From: Thermoproteus sp.
GTDB lineage: Archaea > Thermoproteota > Thermoprotei > Thermoproteales > Thermoproteaceae
Assembly: GCA_049976425.1 (NCBI GenBank)
Contig: JBMFIG010000001.1
Span: forward strand, 224,001-288,000
DNA: 64,000 bases
Direction: 5' to 3'
Both the position numbers and the translations under genes were made by a program. Below, in pieces: positions 49,706 through 58,199 of this stretch. The notes beneath the pieces were generated by a model. It was not told the origin of the DNA. It saw only the letters and a program-made list of their open reading frames with translations, and made no database searches. The first letter of the stretch is position 1, and each line of letters begins with the position of its first letter.

Positions 49706-51133
49706 ATGGAACAGGGAATCGCCGAGGTCGGCAACGTGGTTGCGGAGGCTGAGCACGTCTCGGAGCTGTTGGGGGTGGCCAAGCCTGTCCCCTACGCGGT
49801 TGAGCTCAAGGGGAGGATAACTAGGGATATGGTGGAGGAGATCAGCCGCCTAAAGGGGGAGCCCGACTGGATGCGGCGGCTTAGGCTGAGGATGCTGGAG
49901 CTGTTCGAGAAGCTCCCGACGCCGAGGTGGGTGAGAGGCATTGGGGAGGTGGACCTCGAGGCGCTGGCCCACTACGCCAAGCCGCAGACCGAGACGGTGA
50001 AGAGCTGGGACGAGCTCCCCAAGGAGATCAGGGAGTACTACGAGAAGCTCGGCCTGCCCGAGATGGAGGCCAAGGCCCTTCTCGGCCTCGCCACCCAGTT
50101 CGACAGCGAGATAGTCTACTTCAACTTCAAGAAAAAGCTCCAGGAGAAGGGCGTCATTATGCTCCCCATGGAGGAGGCGGTCAAGAAGTACCCCGATCTG
50201 GTGAAGCAGTACTTCATGAGGGTCTTCCCGGCCGAGCACAAGTTCGCCGCCCTCCACGGGGCGCTCTGGTCCGGCGGCACGTTCATATACGTGCCCCCCG
50301 GCGTGAGGATAGAGCAACCGCTGGAGACGTTTTTCCTGATCGGCGGCTCCCAGGAGAGCCAGATGGAGCACAGCATAGTGGTCGCCGATAGGGGGGCGTA
50401 CGTCCACTGGATAGAGGCTTGCTCGGCGCCGCGGCTCCTCAAGTACAGCTTCCATAACGGGATGGTGGAGGGCTACGCCCACGAAGGCGCCGATCTCAAG
50501 ATCACGACCGTCCAGAACTGGTCCCGCGACATAGTCAACTTCAACAACAAGAGGGCGGTGGCGGAGGCCAAGGCCCACGTCCAGTGGGTCGAGGGCAGTA
50601 TAGGCAGCAAGACGACGTACACGTTCCCGTCGACTATACTTAAGGGCGAGGGGGCCTCCACGGAGATCTACGGAATAACCGCCGCCAACGGCGGCCTCTG
50701 GAAGGAGAACGGGGCCAAGGTGTGGCATCTGGCCCCGGACACCAAGAGCAGGGTCGTCAACAAGAGCATATCGGCGAGGGGAGGCACGTCGGTGTACAGG
50801 GGCATGGTCTACGTGGCTAAGGGGGCCAAATACGCCAGAAGCCACGTCCAGTGCGACGCCTTGGTCCTCGACGGCGACTCGGCCAACATCACTATCCCGC
50901 ACGACCAGGTGTTCGAGGACACCGCAGTAGTCACGCACGAGGCCACGGCCAGCAGAATATCCGAGGAGAAGCTCATGTACCTCAGATCCAGAGGCTTCAC
51001 GGAGGACGAGGCGAAGGCCTCCATAGTCCTGGGCTTTGTGTCGGATGTAGTCAAGGACTTGCCGTTCGAATACGCGGTGGTTCTACAACGCGTCTTGGAG
51101 CTGGAGTTCTCGAAGCTCGGCAGAGTCGGCTAG
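49706..51133 (+). CDS. sufB: Fe-S assembly scaffold SufB
   Basis: EPDWM, KFAALHGALWSGG, EACSAP, TVQNW, CDAL, HEA, YLRSRG. Confidence 0.95.
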   Translation: MEQGIAEVGNVVAEAEHVSELLGVAKPVPYAVELKGRITRDMVEEISRLKGEPDWMRRLRLRMLELFEKLPTPRWVRGIGEVDLEALAHYAKPQTETVKSWDELPKEIREYYEKLGLPEMEAKALLGLATQFDSEIVYFNFKKKLQEKGVIMLPMEEAVKKYPDLVKQYFMRVFPAEHKFAALHGALWSGGTFIYVPPGVRIEQPLETFFLIGGSQESQMEHSIVVADRGAYVHWIEACSAPRLLKYSFHNGMVEGYAHEGADLKITTVQNWSRDIVNFNNKRAVAEAKAHVQWVEGSIGSKTTYTFPSTILKGEGASTEIYGITAANGGLWKENGAKVWHLAPDTKSRVVNKSISARGGTSVYRGMVYVAKGAKYARSHVQCDALVLDGDSANITIPHDQVFEDTAVVTHEATASRISEEKLMYLRSRGFTEDEAKASIVLGFVSDVVKDLPFEYAVVLQRVLELEFSKLGRVG

Positions 51134-51169
51134 TAGCGGGGCTAATTTTAATAGGGCATAAATACCTAC

Positions 51170-51799
51170 ATGGCTCAAACCTCCGCCGTCAAGATCTGCG
51201 AGTCCACGGTGGTGGATATCCAGTGCCCCGCCAGGAACTCCTCAGCTCTTTTAGAGCGCGGCGTCAAGATCATGGAGGAATACGGCATAAGCCGCTACGA
51301 CCTCATAGGCGTCCTGGTAGCGCTCGGCGCGGATCCGGACGACGCCAAGAAGGCCCTCGGGTTGAGGATAAGCGGCAACATAAAGAAGCCAGTCCAGACA
51401 TTCTACGAGCGGTATAGGCAGAAGCTCGGCGAGGAGGGCGTCGTCAAGGTCCTGCTAGAGCTCTATAGTGCCGCAGGAGGCGAGTGCCTATGCCCAGTGG
51501 GCCCCATAGTCCCGCTGGGCCCCGACAAGTACTTGATCCAGAGGCCGTCAGGCATATATCTGTGCGAGGCCGGGTCTTGTAAGGAGATAGCGCCCGAGCC
51601 AATAGCCTTGTACGACCACCCTCAGGGGTGCCAGCTATACAATCCCGCCCTCCAGATAGTGGGGCAACCTGTCGCGTCTGTAGCTTCCCAGATCAAGACG
51701 CTTAAGGTCTTGGATCCGGAACTGGTGGCTAGATATCTACTGCCCGCCCTCTGCCGCGATCTGCGCGGCGTTGACCTGGGCCCGTTCGAATTCTTTTAA
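51170..51799 (+). CDS. Cys-rich hypothetical protein
   Basis: 209-aa ORF with its own TATA-like element. Confidence 0.65.
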   Translation: MAQTSAVKICESTVVDIQCPARNSSALLERGVKIMEEYGISRYDLIGVLVALGADPDDAKKALGLRISGNIKKPVQTFYERYRQKLGEEGVVKVLLELYSAAGGECLCPVGPIVPLGPDKYLIQRPSGIYLCEAGSCKEIAPEPIALYDHPQGCQLYNPALQIVGQPVASVASQIKTLKVLDPELVARYLLPALCRDLRGVDLGPFEFF

Positions 51800-51808
51800 T
51801 CTACCCCC

Positions 51809-52717
51809 TTGAGGCCCGACGTGGATATCGGCATCATCAGGCCCTACGAGGTGGAATTCCACCCCGGCGATGTGGCGGATCTCGAGAACGCCATAGTCGA
51901 GAGGGGACACCGGCCTGTCAGGATATATATCGATATGTTGGAGGTCAGGCTACAGGGCGGCGTGGAGATATGGCAGGGCGTAGGCAGAGGGGAGCCGGCC
52001 AAGGTGGAGGTGCCGGGAGCTATCTTGAGGCACTTGGGGATTTTCCGCGACTTCGAGCAGTTCTCGTATAGGGTGTTCGCCGCCAGGGCTGTGGAGATGG
52101 CGGGCGCCGTTGTGTTGAACCCCGTCATGAGCTGGGTAGTCGCCAGCGATAAGCTGGCCAGCGCGGCGGTGCTCTCCAAGGCCGGCATCCCCGTCCCGCC
52201 GACTTTGGTCAGCGAGAACATGTTCGCCGCATATAGGGCCGTCTCGGCCTTCGGCGACGTCGTCGTCAAGCCGCTCAGAGGCAGTATGGGATACGGCGTA
52301 TTCAGGCTCGACAACCCCGACGTGGCCATGCACGTCTTCTCCATGTTGACCAACCTGAACAAGCCGTTTTACGTCCAGAAGTTCGTGGAGAAAAACGGCG
52401 GCGACTATAGGGTGGTGGTAGTGGGCGGGAGGGCTATAGGCGCCGAGTTCAGAAGGGCGGCTGGCTGGAAGACTAACGTGGCGCAGGGAGCCAGGCCTGA
52501 GCCGGCCAGACTCACCAAGGAGCTGGAGGAGCTCGCAGTGAGGGCTGTCGAGGTGCTCAACCTAGAGTACGGCGGGGTCGACATAGCGGAGACCAAGGAG
52601 GGCTACTACGTGTTCGAGGTGAACCCGACGATGTCTTGGCAGGGCTTTAAGGCGGCGACCGGCATAAACCCGGCCCCGTTTATAGTCGAGAGGTTGCTGG
52701 AGAAGATAAAGAGGTAG
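51809..52717 (+). CDS. RimK/LysX-family ATP-grasp ligase
   Basis: DK, VVKPLRGSMG.G, QKFV, DYRV, WKTNVAQG, GVD, EVN. Confidence 0.9.
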   Translation: MRPDVDIGIIRPYEVEFHPGDVADLENAIVERGHRPVRIYIDMLEVRLQGGVEIWQGVGRGEPAKVEVPGAILRHLGIFRDFEQFSYRVFAARAVEMAGAVVLNPVMSWVVASDKLASAAVLSKAGIPVPPTLVSENMFAAYRAVSAFGDVVVKPLRGSMGYGVFRLDNPDVAMHVFSMLTNLNKPFYVQKFVEKNGGDYRVVVVGGRAIGAEFRRAAGWKTNVAQGARPEPARLTKELEELAVRAVEVLNLEYGGVDIAETKEGYYVFEVNPTMSWQGFKAATGINPAPFIVERLLEKIKR

Positions 52718-52730
52718 CAGACGCCGACAA

Positions 52731-52786
52731 TTTCAGTCCGTCGCGAGCACGCCACGACTCGCGCGAGTTGATACCCCTCATCACTC
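52731..52786 (-). ncRNA. C/D box sRNA
   Basis: Minus strand perfect C box GTGATGA (52784-52778) and D box CTGA (52736-52733); intergenic, downstream of pop5. Confidence 0.75.
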
Positions 52787-52808
52787 GATAGAGCTGGCGG
52801 CCGGTCTT

Positions 52809-53090
52809 TTAAGCCTTTGAGGGCCGTCTTATCGACATAGCCGTCCTCCTCGCCGACTTGACGGTCCCTTTGACCCTCACAGTTCTGCAACCGTCGAGGA
52901 GGGCCACCAGCGCTCTGGCCTTGCCGACCAGATTCCGGGGCACCCCAAGCACTATCACGTCGTCGTATATCCCCACCACGTTGAACTTGACTAACCTGAA
53001 CTTGAGGCCAACCACCGCCATGAAGTAGTCGCCCAGTGCCTCGAGACACGACGGCGGATCCTCGGCTCTTATTAGAAGGTATCTATTCAT
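52809..53090 (-). CDS. pop5: RNase P protein Pop5/Rpp14
   Basis: RYLL N-terminus, [10 protein letters not shown]-terminus; rpl15e-rpp30 context. Confidence 0.75.
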   Translation of the reverse strand: MNRYLLIRAEDPPSCLEALGDYFMAVVGLKFRLVKFNVVGIYDDVIVLGVPRNLVGKARALVALLDGCRTVRVKGTVKSARRTAMSIRRPSKA

Positions 53091-53604
53091 GGGACGCCAG
53101 TAACGTGGCCATGATCTCAAGCCCCCTTTCGAAGGGCATCCTCCACGAGCTGTCCCCCGTCAGCTCGACTAGCAGGCTCTCCACGTCCCTAGGCGATTTC
53201 ACGTCTCTAGGCGACTCCACAGGCGTCGAGAAGAGCGTGTTTTCAGGCTCCAGGACGTCGAGCCATTCCATGAGGAGCTCTAGATCGCCCAGGAGCGGCC
53301 TCAGCCTCACCTCTATGTATTTGCCCATCTTCAGCGCCGCCTTGACTTGGTCGCGCGTCAACACGTCCCTGGGGTTGACCGACAGCACTTGGACATCCTC
53401 CCTATACACGTACACGTTGAACTTAGACCTATTGGGCACCTCCACCACCCTTACGTCGACGCCTCTGACCGCCGGCGCTATGCGCTCCGTAGTCACGCCT
53501 TGTCTGACCAACGCGGCCCTCACGCCTACTTCCCATAACAGATCCTCAGCCGCCGCGTCGGCGAGATCCCACTCGACGTAGCCCCGCCTTATCCTAACCG
53601 CCAC
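53083..53604 (-). CDS. rpp30: RNase P protein Rpp30 (short, divergent)
   Basis: DVKSPRDV motif and conserved gene context; GTG start at 53604 inferred. Confidence 0.65.
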   Translation of the reverse strand: MAVRIRRGYVEWDLADAAAEDLLWEVGVRAALVRQGVTTERIAPAVRGVDVRVVEVPNRSKFNVYVYREDVQVLSVNPRDVLTRDQVKAALKMGKYIEVRLRPLLGDLELLMEWLDVLEPENTLFSTPVESPRDVKSPRDVESLLVELTGDSSWRMPFERGLEIMATLLASHE

Positions 53605-53926
53605 ACCTCCCACCCTTGATGCGTATTCTGACCACGTCGTCGGAGTTCGAGAGAGCGACCTCGCCCCGCACCAGCCTTTGTTTATCCAGACGCACGAACC
53701 ACTCGCCCTCTTGTTGCGCCTTAGAGACGGCGGGACACAGCCTCTCCAACAACCGAGCACAGTCGGGCTGGAGCGCTGTTATGAGGTAGATCGGGTTTCC
53801 GTAATGCCCCTCCAGCTTCTGTATGACGTAGGGGAGATCCCCGAAGAATCGCCTCAGCGACTCTATGACCTTGTCGAGATCCTCAGTGGCGTGGACCAAT
53901 ACGCTGATCTCCGCTACGCATCTCAC
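53594..53926 (-). CDS. exosome-superoperon RNA-binding protein
   Basis: [21 protein letters not shown]; GTG at 53926 overlaps the rpl15e stop. Confidence 0.85.
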   Translation of the reverse strand: MRCVAEISVLVHATEDLDKVIESLRRFFGDLPYVIQKLEGHYGNPIYLITALQPDCARLLERLCPAVSKAQQEGEWFVRLDKQRLVRGEVALSNSDDVVRIRIKGGRCGG

Positions 53927-54495
53927 TTCGCCTCTCCGCCCTTGAGCTTGGGCAGGAGAGTCTCGCGGAGCTTCTCTATCAACCTCTTTTGCTTCTGCCT
54001 CAGCCTCCTGGCCTTCCACCTGCGCTTGGACTTCCTGCCGACTATCCCGGCGTAGTCGGGATCGTTCTTAACGGTGGGCGCGTTGGGATCTATCATGATC
54101 ACCTCGAAGTACCGGTACATGCCGTCGTCGGCGACCCAGTAGCTACCCAACACCTCCAGATTGGGGTAGCGCCGCGCGGCCCTCTCCTCGGCCACCTGTT
54201 GCCAGCTCTTCCACAGAGTTATGCCGTAGACGCCCATCCTCTTGGGCCTCCTGCCGGAGTCCGGCCTCCTCCTGTTGAACGGCCCGCGCCTGACCCTCAC
54301 CCTGACGACCACGACGCCTTGCTTGGCCTTATAGCCCAACGACCTAGCTCTGTTAAGGCGGGTCGGCCTCTCCACCCTCACTATGGCCGGCTCCCTGCGC
54401 CATTGTATGAGCCTCGTCCTCATCACCTTCTCCTCGACCTCCCGCCCCTCACTCGAGTACCACATCGCCATGTAGGCATACGCCGATTTGGCCAT
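53923..54495 (-). CDS. rpl15e: 50S ribosomal protein L15e
   Basis: [35 protein letters not shown]. Confidence 0.96.
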   Translation of the reverse strand: MAKSAYAYMAMWYSSEGREVEEKVMRTRLIQWRREPAIVRVERPTRLNRARSLGYKAKQGVVVVRVRVRRGPFNRRRPDSGRRPKRMGVYGITLWKSWQQVAEERAARRYPNLEVLGSYWVADDGMYRYFEVIMIDPNAPTVKNDPDYAGIVGRKSKRRWKARRLRQKQKRLIEKLRETLLPKLKGGEAK

Positions 54496-54505
54496 CGCTC
54501 CCTCC

Positions 54506-55402
54506 CTAGCTGGCGTTTTTATATTTTATGTCGTCGCCGCTCCTCCCGTGCCTCGTAAGGTGGCCCAACGCCGCCACGTTTACGGCGCCCCTCTCGGGCG
54601 CTATGTCGTAGAGGAAGAACAGGCGGTCGAGCCTCAGCCCGTTGTAGATGTAGAGCGCTGACTTGAAGCTACGCGCGTCGCCTTTTATCAACAGGTAGTT
54701 GACGGCGGCCCCCTCCCCGTAGGCCCACACAGTCAAGCCGCCGGCTGTTACGCGTGACAGCTTGCCGGCTTTCTCTTGGCCTATCCCCATGAAGAAGACG
54801 TCGCGGCCCACGGCGTATTCCAGCCTGAGGTTGGCCGGCCGACCGCCTAGCCCCTTCAACTCCTTGAACAAGTCGGCCGCCATATAGATCCGTTCGAGGG
54901 TCCTCAGAGGGACGTACGGCTTCCCGGAGGCGGCGTCGAGCGCCCTGCATAGGGAATACGGCGCCCCGGCGTACTCGCGGATCCTCAGCTCCACCTCCTC
55001 GTATCTGTCGGTCCTATCCACGGGGAGGTCGACCACGTTGGGGGCCGGAAGGCCGCGGGAGAGCGAAAGGGTCGCCGACAGCCAGGGATCTTGCTTCACG
55101 TAGAACACCCCGCCGCCTTCGTAGAGCCTCAACACGTCGTCCTGCTCCACGTCGCAGGAATCGACGACCACATCGAACGCTCTCGGGTCCGCCGAGTCGA
55201 CGAAGTCGACCAGCAGTAGGTCGCGCAAGAAGCCGGCCCTGAGGAAGAGGTTTGGCGGAGGCAGATCGTATAGATACACGTCAACGGGCCTCGCCGTCTG
55301 GATCGCCACGCGGTCGCCCGACTTGGCAAGGAGATAGGCGAGGTACGCCGAGCCCGGCTCCAGGCCTCTTATGAGGATCTTAATACGGCCTGTTCCAGCC
55401 AC
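54506..55402 (-). CDS. hypothetical protein with degenerate Rossmann-like N-terminus
   Basis: [18 protein letters not shown]; start uncertain (GTG 55402); the longer track ORF overlaps thyX. Confidence 0.6.
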   Translation of the reverse strand: MAGTGRIKILIRGLEPGSAYLAYLLAKSGDRVAIQTARPVDVYLYDLPPPNLFLRAGFLRDLLLVDFVDSADPRAFDVVVDSCDVEQDDVLRLYEGGGVFYVKQDPWLSATLSLSRGLPAPNVVDLPVDRTDRYEEVELRIREYAGAPYSLCRALDAASGKPYVPLRTLERIYMAADLFKELKGLGGRPANLRLEYAVGRDVFFMGIGQEKAGKLSRVTAGGLTVWAYGEGAAVNYLLIKGDARSFKSALYIYNGLRLDRLFFLYDIAPERGAVNVAALGHLTRHGRSGDDIKYKNAS

Positions 55403-56100
55403 GGCTTCTCCGGGAGGGGGCCGTGGATCCTCTCGGCGTCTTCTACGGCGTATAGGCGGCAGTCCCGGCCCTTGGGCACCTTGGTGCAGAAGTCGCGGTG
55501 GAGGTTGGGCAGATCGTCCCACACCAGCTTGGCGAGGTTGGGCCAGAGCCTCCACGCCGCCGCGAACATCTGCCAGCACACGTGCCTTATCTCGGCTTGT
55601 GCCGCCGCGGCGCACCTCAACGGGACGAAGTTGAGGAGGAGCTCCCTGGCGTTCATCTGGACTGCGAATCTGACCGCGGCGGCGTTCGGGAGGGCCATCC
55701 TGGCGTACTCCGGCTTGAACGACTCCCTCAGCTTGACGTAGTCCTCGTAGGCCCTCCTCAAGACGTCCTCGGGGAAGCCGAGGGGCGCCACGAACCTGAT
55801 CTCCCTCTTGGAGTAGTCCACGTACCGCTGGGACTCGGCCCAGTAGGAGGCCATCCTGTGCCTTATGAACTGGGTGTGGCAGGCCCTAGAGCACTCCACG
55901 AGGAACTGCGCCCCCATGAACTCGAAGACCGACCAGTGGCCCTGTCTGTAGAATCCGGAGATCCTCCTGGCCACTACGTCCGGATCCTGCGCCCCGACGT
56001 CGGGAGGCGCGCCTCTGTAGAGGACGTCCGTCAAGGCGGAGACGAGGGCCTCGGAGCCCCAACTCCCCAGCAGGCGGGCGGACGGCTGGACCAGCTTCAT
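55369..56100 (-). CDS. thyX: flavin-dependent thymidylate synthase
   Basis: GHWSVFE, RHRMASYWAESQRY, ARMALP, MNAREL, AQAEIR. Confidence 0.95.
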   Translation of the reverse strand: MKLVQPSARLLGSWGSEALVSALTDVLYRGAPPDVGAQDPDVVARRISGFYRQGHWSVFEFMGAQFLVECSRACHTQFIRHRMASYWAESQRYVDYSKREIRFVAPLGFPEDVLRRAYEDYVKLRESFKPEYARMALPNAAAVRFAVQMNARELLLNFVPLRCAAAAQAEIRHVCWQMFAAAWRLWPNLAKLVWDDLPNLHRDFCTKVPKGRDCRLYAVEDAERIHGPLPEKPWLEQAVLRSS

Positions 56101-56197
56101 GAAGTGATATCGGTGTAAATATAAGCACCTACGGCCTCGGCGCTATATTTTCGAGATCATCCTAAAATCATATAAACCAATTTCGAGGGCTTCTCTC

Positions 56198-56413
56198 GTG
56201 TCCATATTCTGCCCCGTATGTAATCTTCCCGAGTGGGAGGCGATGCCGCCGCCGCATACGTACCGGCACAAGGGTCCCGAGAACACGATAATGATAGCCA
56301 GGTGCAAGCACTGCGGCACGGTGTTCTACATATTCAGAACGAGACTGGACACCTACACTATCCAGATAGAGAAGGCGGAGAAGAAACACGGGGCGATACC
56401 CCACTTGGAATGA
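56198..56413 (+). CDS. small Zn-ribbon protein
   Basis: CPVC...CKHC; ATGA overlap with the next gene. Confidence 0.7.
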   Translation: MSIFCPVCNLPEWEAMPPPHTYRHKGPENTIMIARCKHCGTVFYIFRTRLDTYTIQIEKAEKKHGAIPHLE

Positions 56414-57414
56414 CCGCCGTTTGTACCTCGTGCGGCAAGAGGCAGGCCCAGTTCCTCCGCCGGAGTAGCGGCGAGAGGCTCTGCCTCAACTGCTTGTTCA
56501 AATCTATGGAGGAGAAGGTGTGGCGCACCATCCGCGACGAGAGGATGATAGAGCCCGGGGACAGAGTCGCCGTCGCCATATCCGGGGGGAAGGACAGCCT
56601 AGTCCTCCTCGACATTCTCGGCAAGCTTAAGGCAAGGGGGCGCCTCAAGGACGTCGAGCTCGAGGCGTTCACGATCAACGAGGGCCATCCCTACAGCTGT
56701 TTCTACAGAATGTCCAGGGCGGACTTCGTCAAGGAGCTGGCCGGGCGCTACGGCGTGGCCTATTCCGTGTTCAACTTCAAGGAGGTGTTCGGGTACTCGG
56801 CGTTGGAATTGGCCGAGCGTCTTTGGAAGAGCGGAGTTGATATACACATGTGCGCCATCGACGGCATCTTGAGGCGTAAGGCCATGAACTTGATAGGCAA
56901 GAGGCGCGGCTGGACTAAGATCGCCACGGCGCACAACCTAGACGACGAGGCCCAGACAGTCCTATTGAACGTGTTGATGGGAAACCTCAAGCGCTTCGCT
57001 TGGCTCGACCTAGACGATGCTGAGGAGAAGGACCTCGTGAGGAGGATAAAGCCGTTGAAGTATATAAGAGAGGAGGAAATAGCCGTATACGCCCACTACC
57101 ACGGCATACCGCTGATGGAGCTCGAGTGCCCGTACGTGTATACGAACCCGCGATACGGCCTCAAGTTCATGCTGGCCGAGCTCGAGGAGAGGATGCCAAA
57201 CGTGAAGTACAACCTGGTCAGTTTCGGGCGGCGGCTAGGAGAGGTGTTGCGCGGCCAGGAGGTCCCGTACAGCCGGTGCAAGTACTGCGGAGCCCCCTCG
57301 TCTAGGGAGGTGTGTAGGGCCTGCGAGCTTTTCGAAAAGGCCGGCCTCCTCGACGGATATCTGAGGGCTATCTCAAGCTATCTGAAGTCTGATACACCCG
57401 CCCTCGTCCAGTAG
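56410..57414 (+). CDS. tRNA 2-thiolation enzyme (TtuA/NcsA family)
   Basis: N- and C-terminal Zn fingers, PP-loop SGGKDS, C..DG.LRR, AHNLDD, ECPY. Confidence 0.88.
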   Translation: MTAVCTSCGKRQAQFLRRSSGERLCLNCLFKSMEEKVWRTIRDERMIEPGDRVAVAISGGKDSLVLLDILGKLKARGRLKDVELEAFTINEGHPYSCFYRMSRADFVKELAGRYGVAYSVFNFKEVFGYSALELAERLWKSGVDIHMCAIDGILRRKAMNLIGKRRGWTKIATAHNLDDEAQTVLLNVLMGNLKRFAWLDLDDAEEKDLVRRIKPLKYIREEEIAVYAHYHGIPLMELECPYVYTNPRYGLKFMLAELEERMPNVKYNLVSFGRRLGEVLRGQEVPYSRCKYCGAPSSREVCRACELFEKAGLLDGYLRAISSYLKSDTPALVQ

Positions 57415-58035
57415 CCTATAGCCCCTGTTTGATATGGACGATATGAAGGTGTCAATATACCTTCTGAAGAGCGGGTACACCGTCCTGCAGTATTTGACGT
57501 TCACTAGGTTCTTGGTGCTGTTGTCCTCCTGGACTGTCGCCAAGCCCCTCAGCTGGACCACGTAGGCCGCCTCGTGTAGCTCCTCTATATCGCCGTCCTG
57601 AAGAGCCGATTTGACAATCTCGGCGTCTCTCCTCGCCATGTCGAGCGCCAGCTTGTCCAAGTCGGCCAGCTTGGCCACGAAGTCCCTCTCAACGGCTAGC
57701 GCCGGCTCGTTGTTTATGACGTGGGAGATCCATCTCGGCACGAAGATCCTCCGCGAGGCCAGTCTGTGGTGGACTTTCTTCACAAAGGCGAACATCCCCA
57801 GCCTCTTGGGGAGCTCCTCCAGGTCCTGCTCGTCGACGGTGGTCACGTCGACGATGAAGTGGATCTTAGTACGGCCCGAGTCCATGGCTATATTCAGTAT
57901 GTTCGCGTTGCTGTCGGCGAACACGTTGGAGAGAGCTGCTAATATGCCCGGCTGGTCGAAGTTCAGCTCCACGAGGAACTCGCCTATTTTACCTCCCAGA
58001 TTATTGACGATAAGGTACAACTCACGATTCAGCAT
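57373..58035 (-). CDS. ACT-domain protein
   Basis: DQPGILAALSNVFA...NI ACT signature. Confidence 0.8.
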   Translation of the reverse strand: MLNRELYLIVNNLGGKIGEFLVELNFDQPGILAALSNVFADSNANILNIAMDSGRTKIHFIVDVTTVDEQDLEELPKRLGMFAFVKKVHHRLASRRIFVPRWISHVINNEPALAVERDFVAKLADLDKLALDMARRDAEIVKSALQDGDIEELHEAAYVVQLRGLATVQEDNSTKNLVNVKYCRTVYPLFRRYIDTFISSISNRGYRLLDEGGCIRLQIA

Positions 58036-58199
58036 CGGACCCCAATACGCTCGATATAAAAATCTTTGCCTGAGAGGCGTCCCCGACGACGTAAACGCCG
58101 GAGACGATAGGCCGTTTCGCGCAGGGCTCTCCTAGTTAGGCCTTTGCCCCTATATCCGAGCTAGAGATGATATTAAAAAGCCGTTATGTACTACCCCCA

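Noticed and set aside
58069-58130. Hammerhead-like CTGAGAG
   Set aside because: Lacks the full CUGANGA core and a downstream GAAA on the same strand
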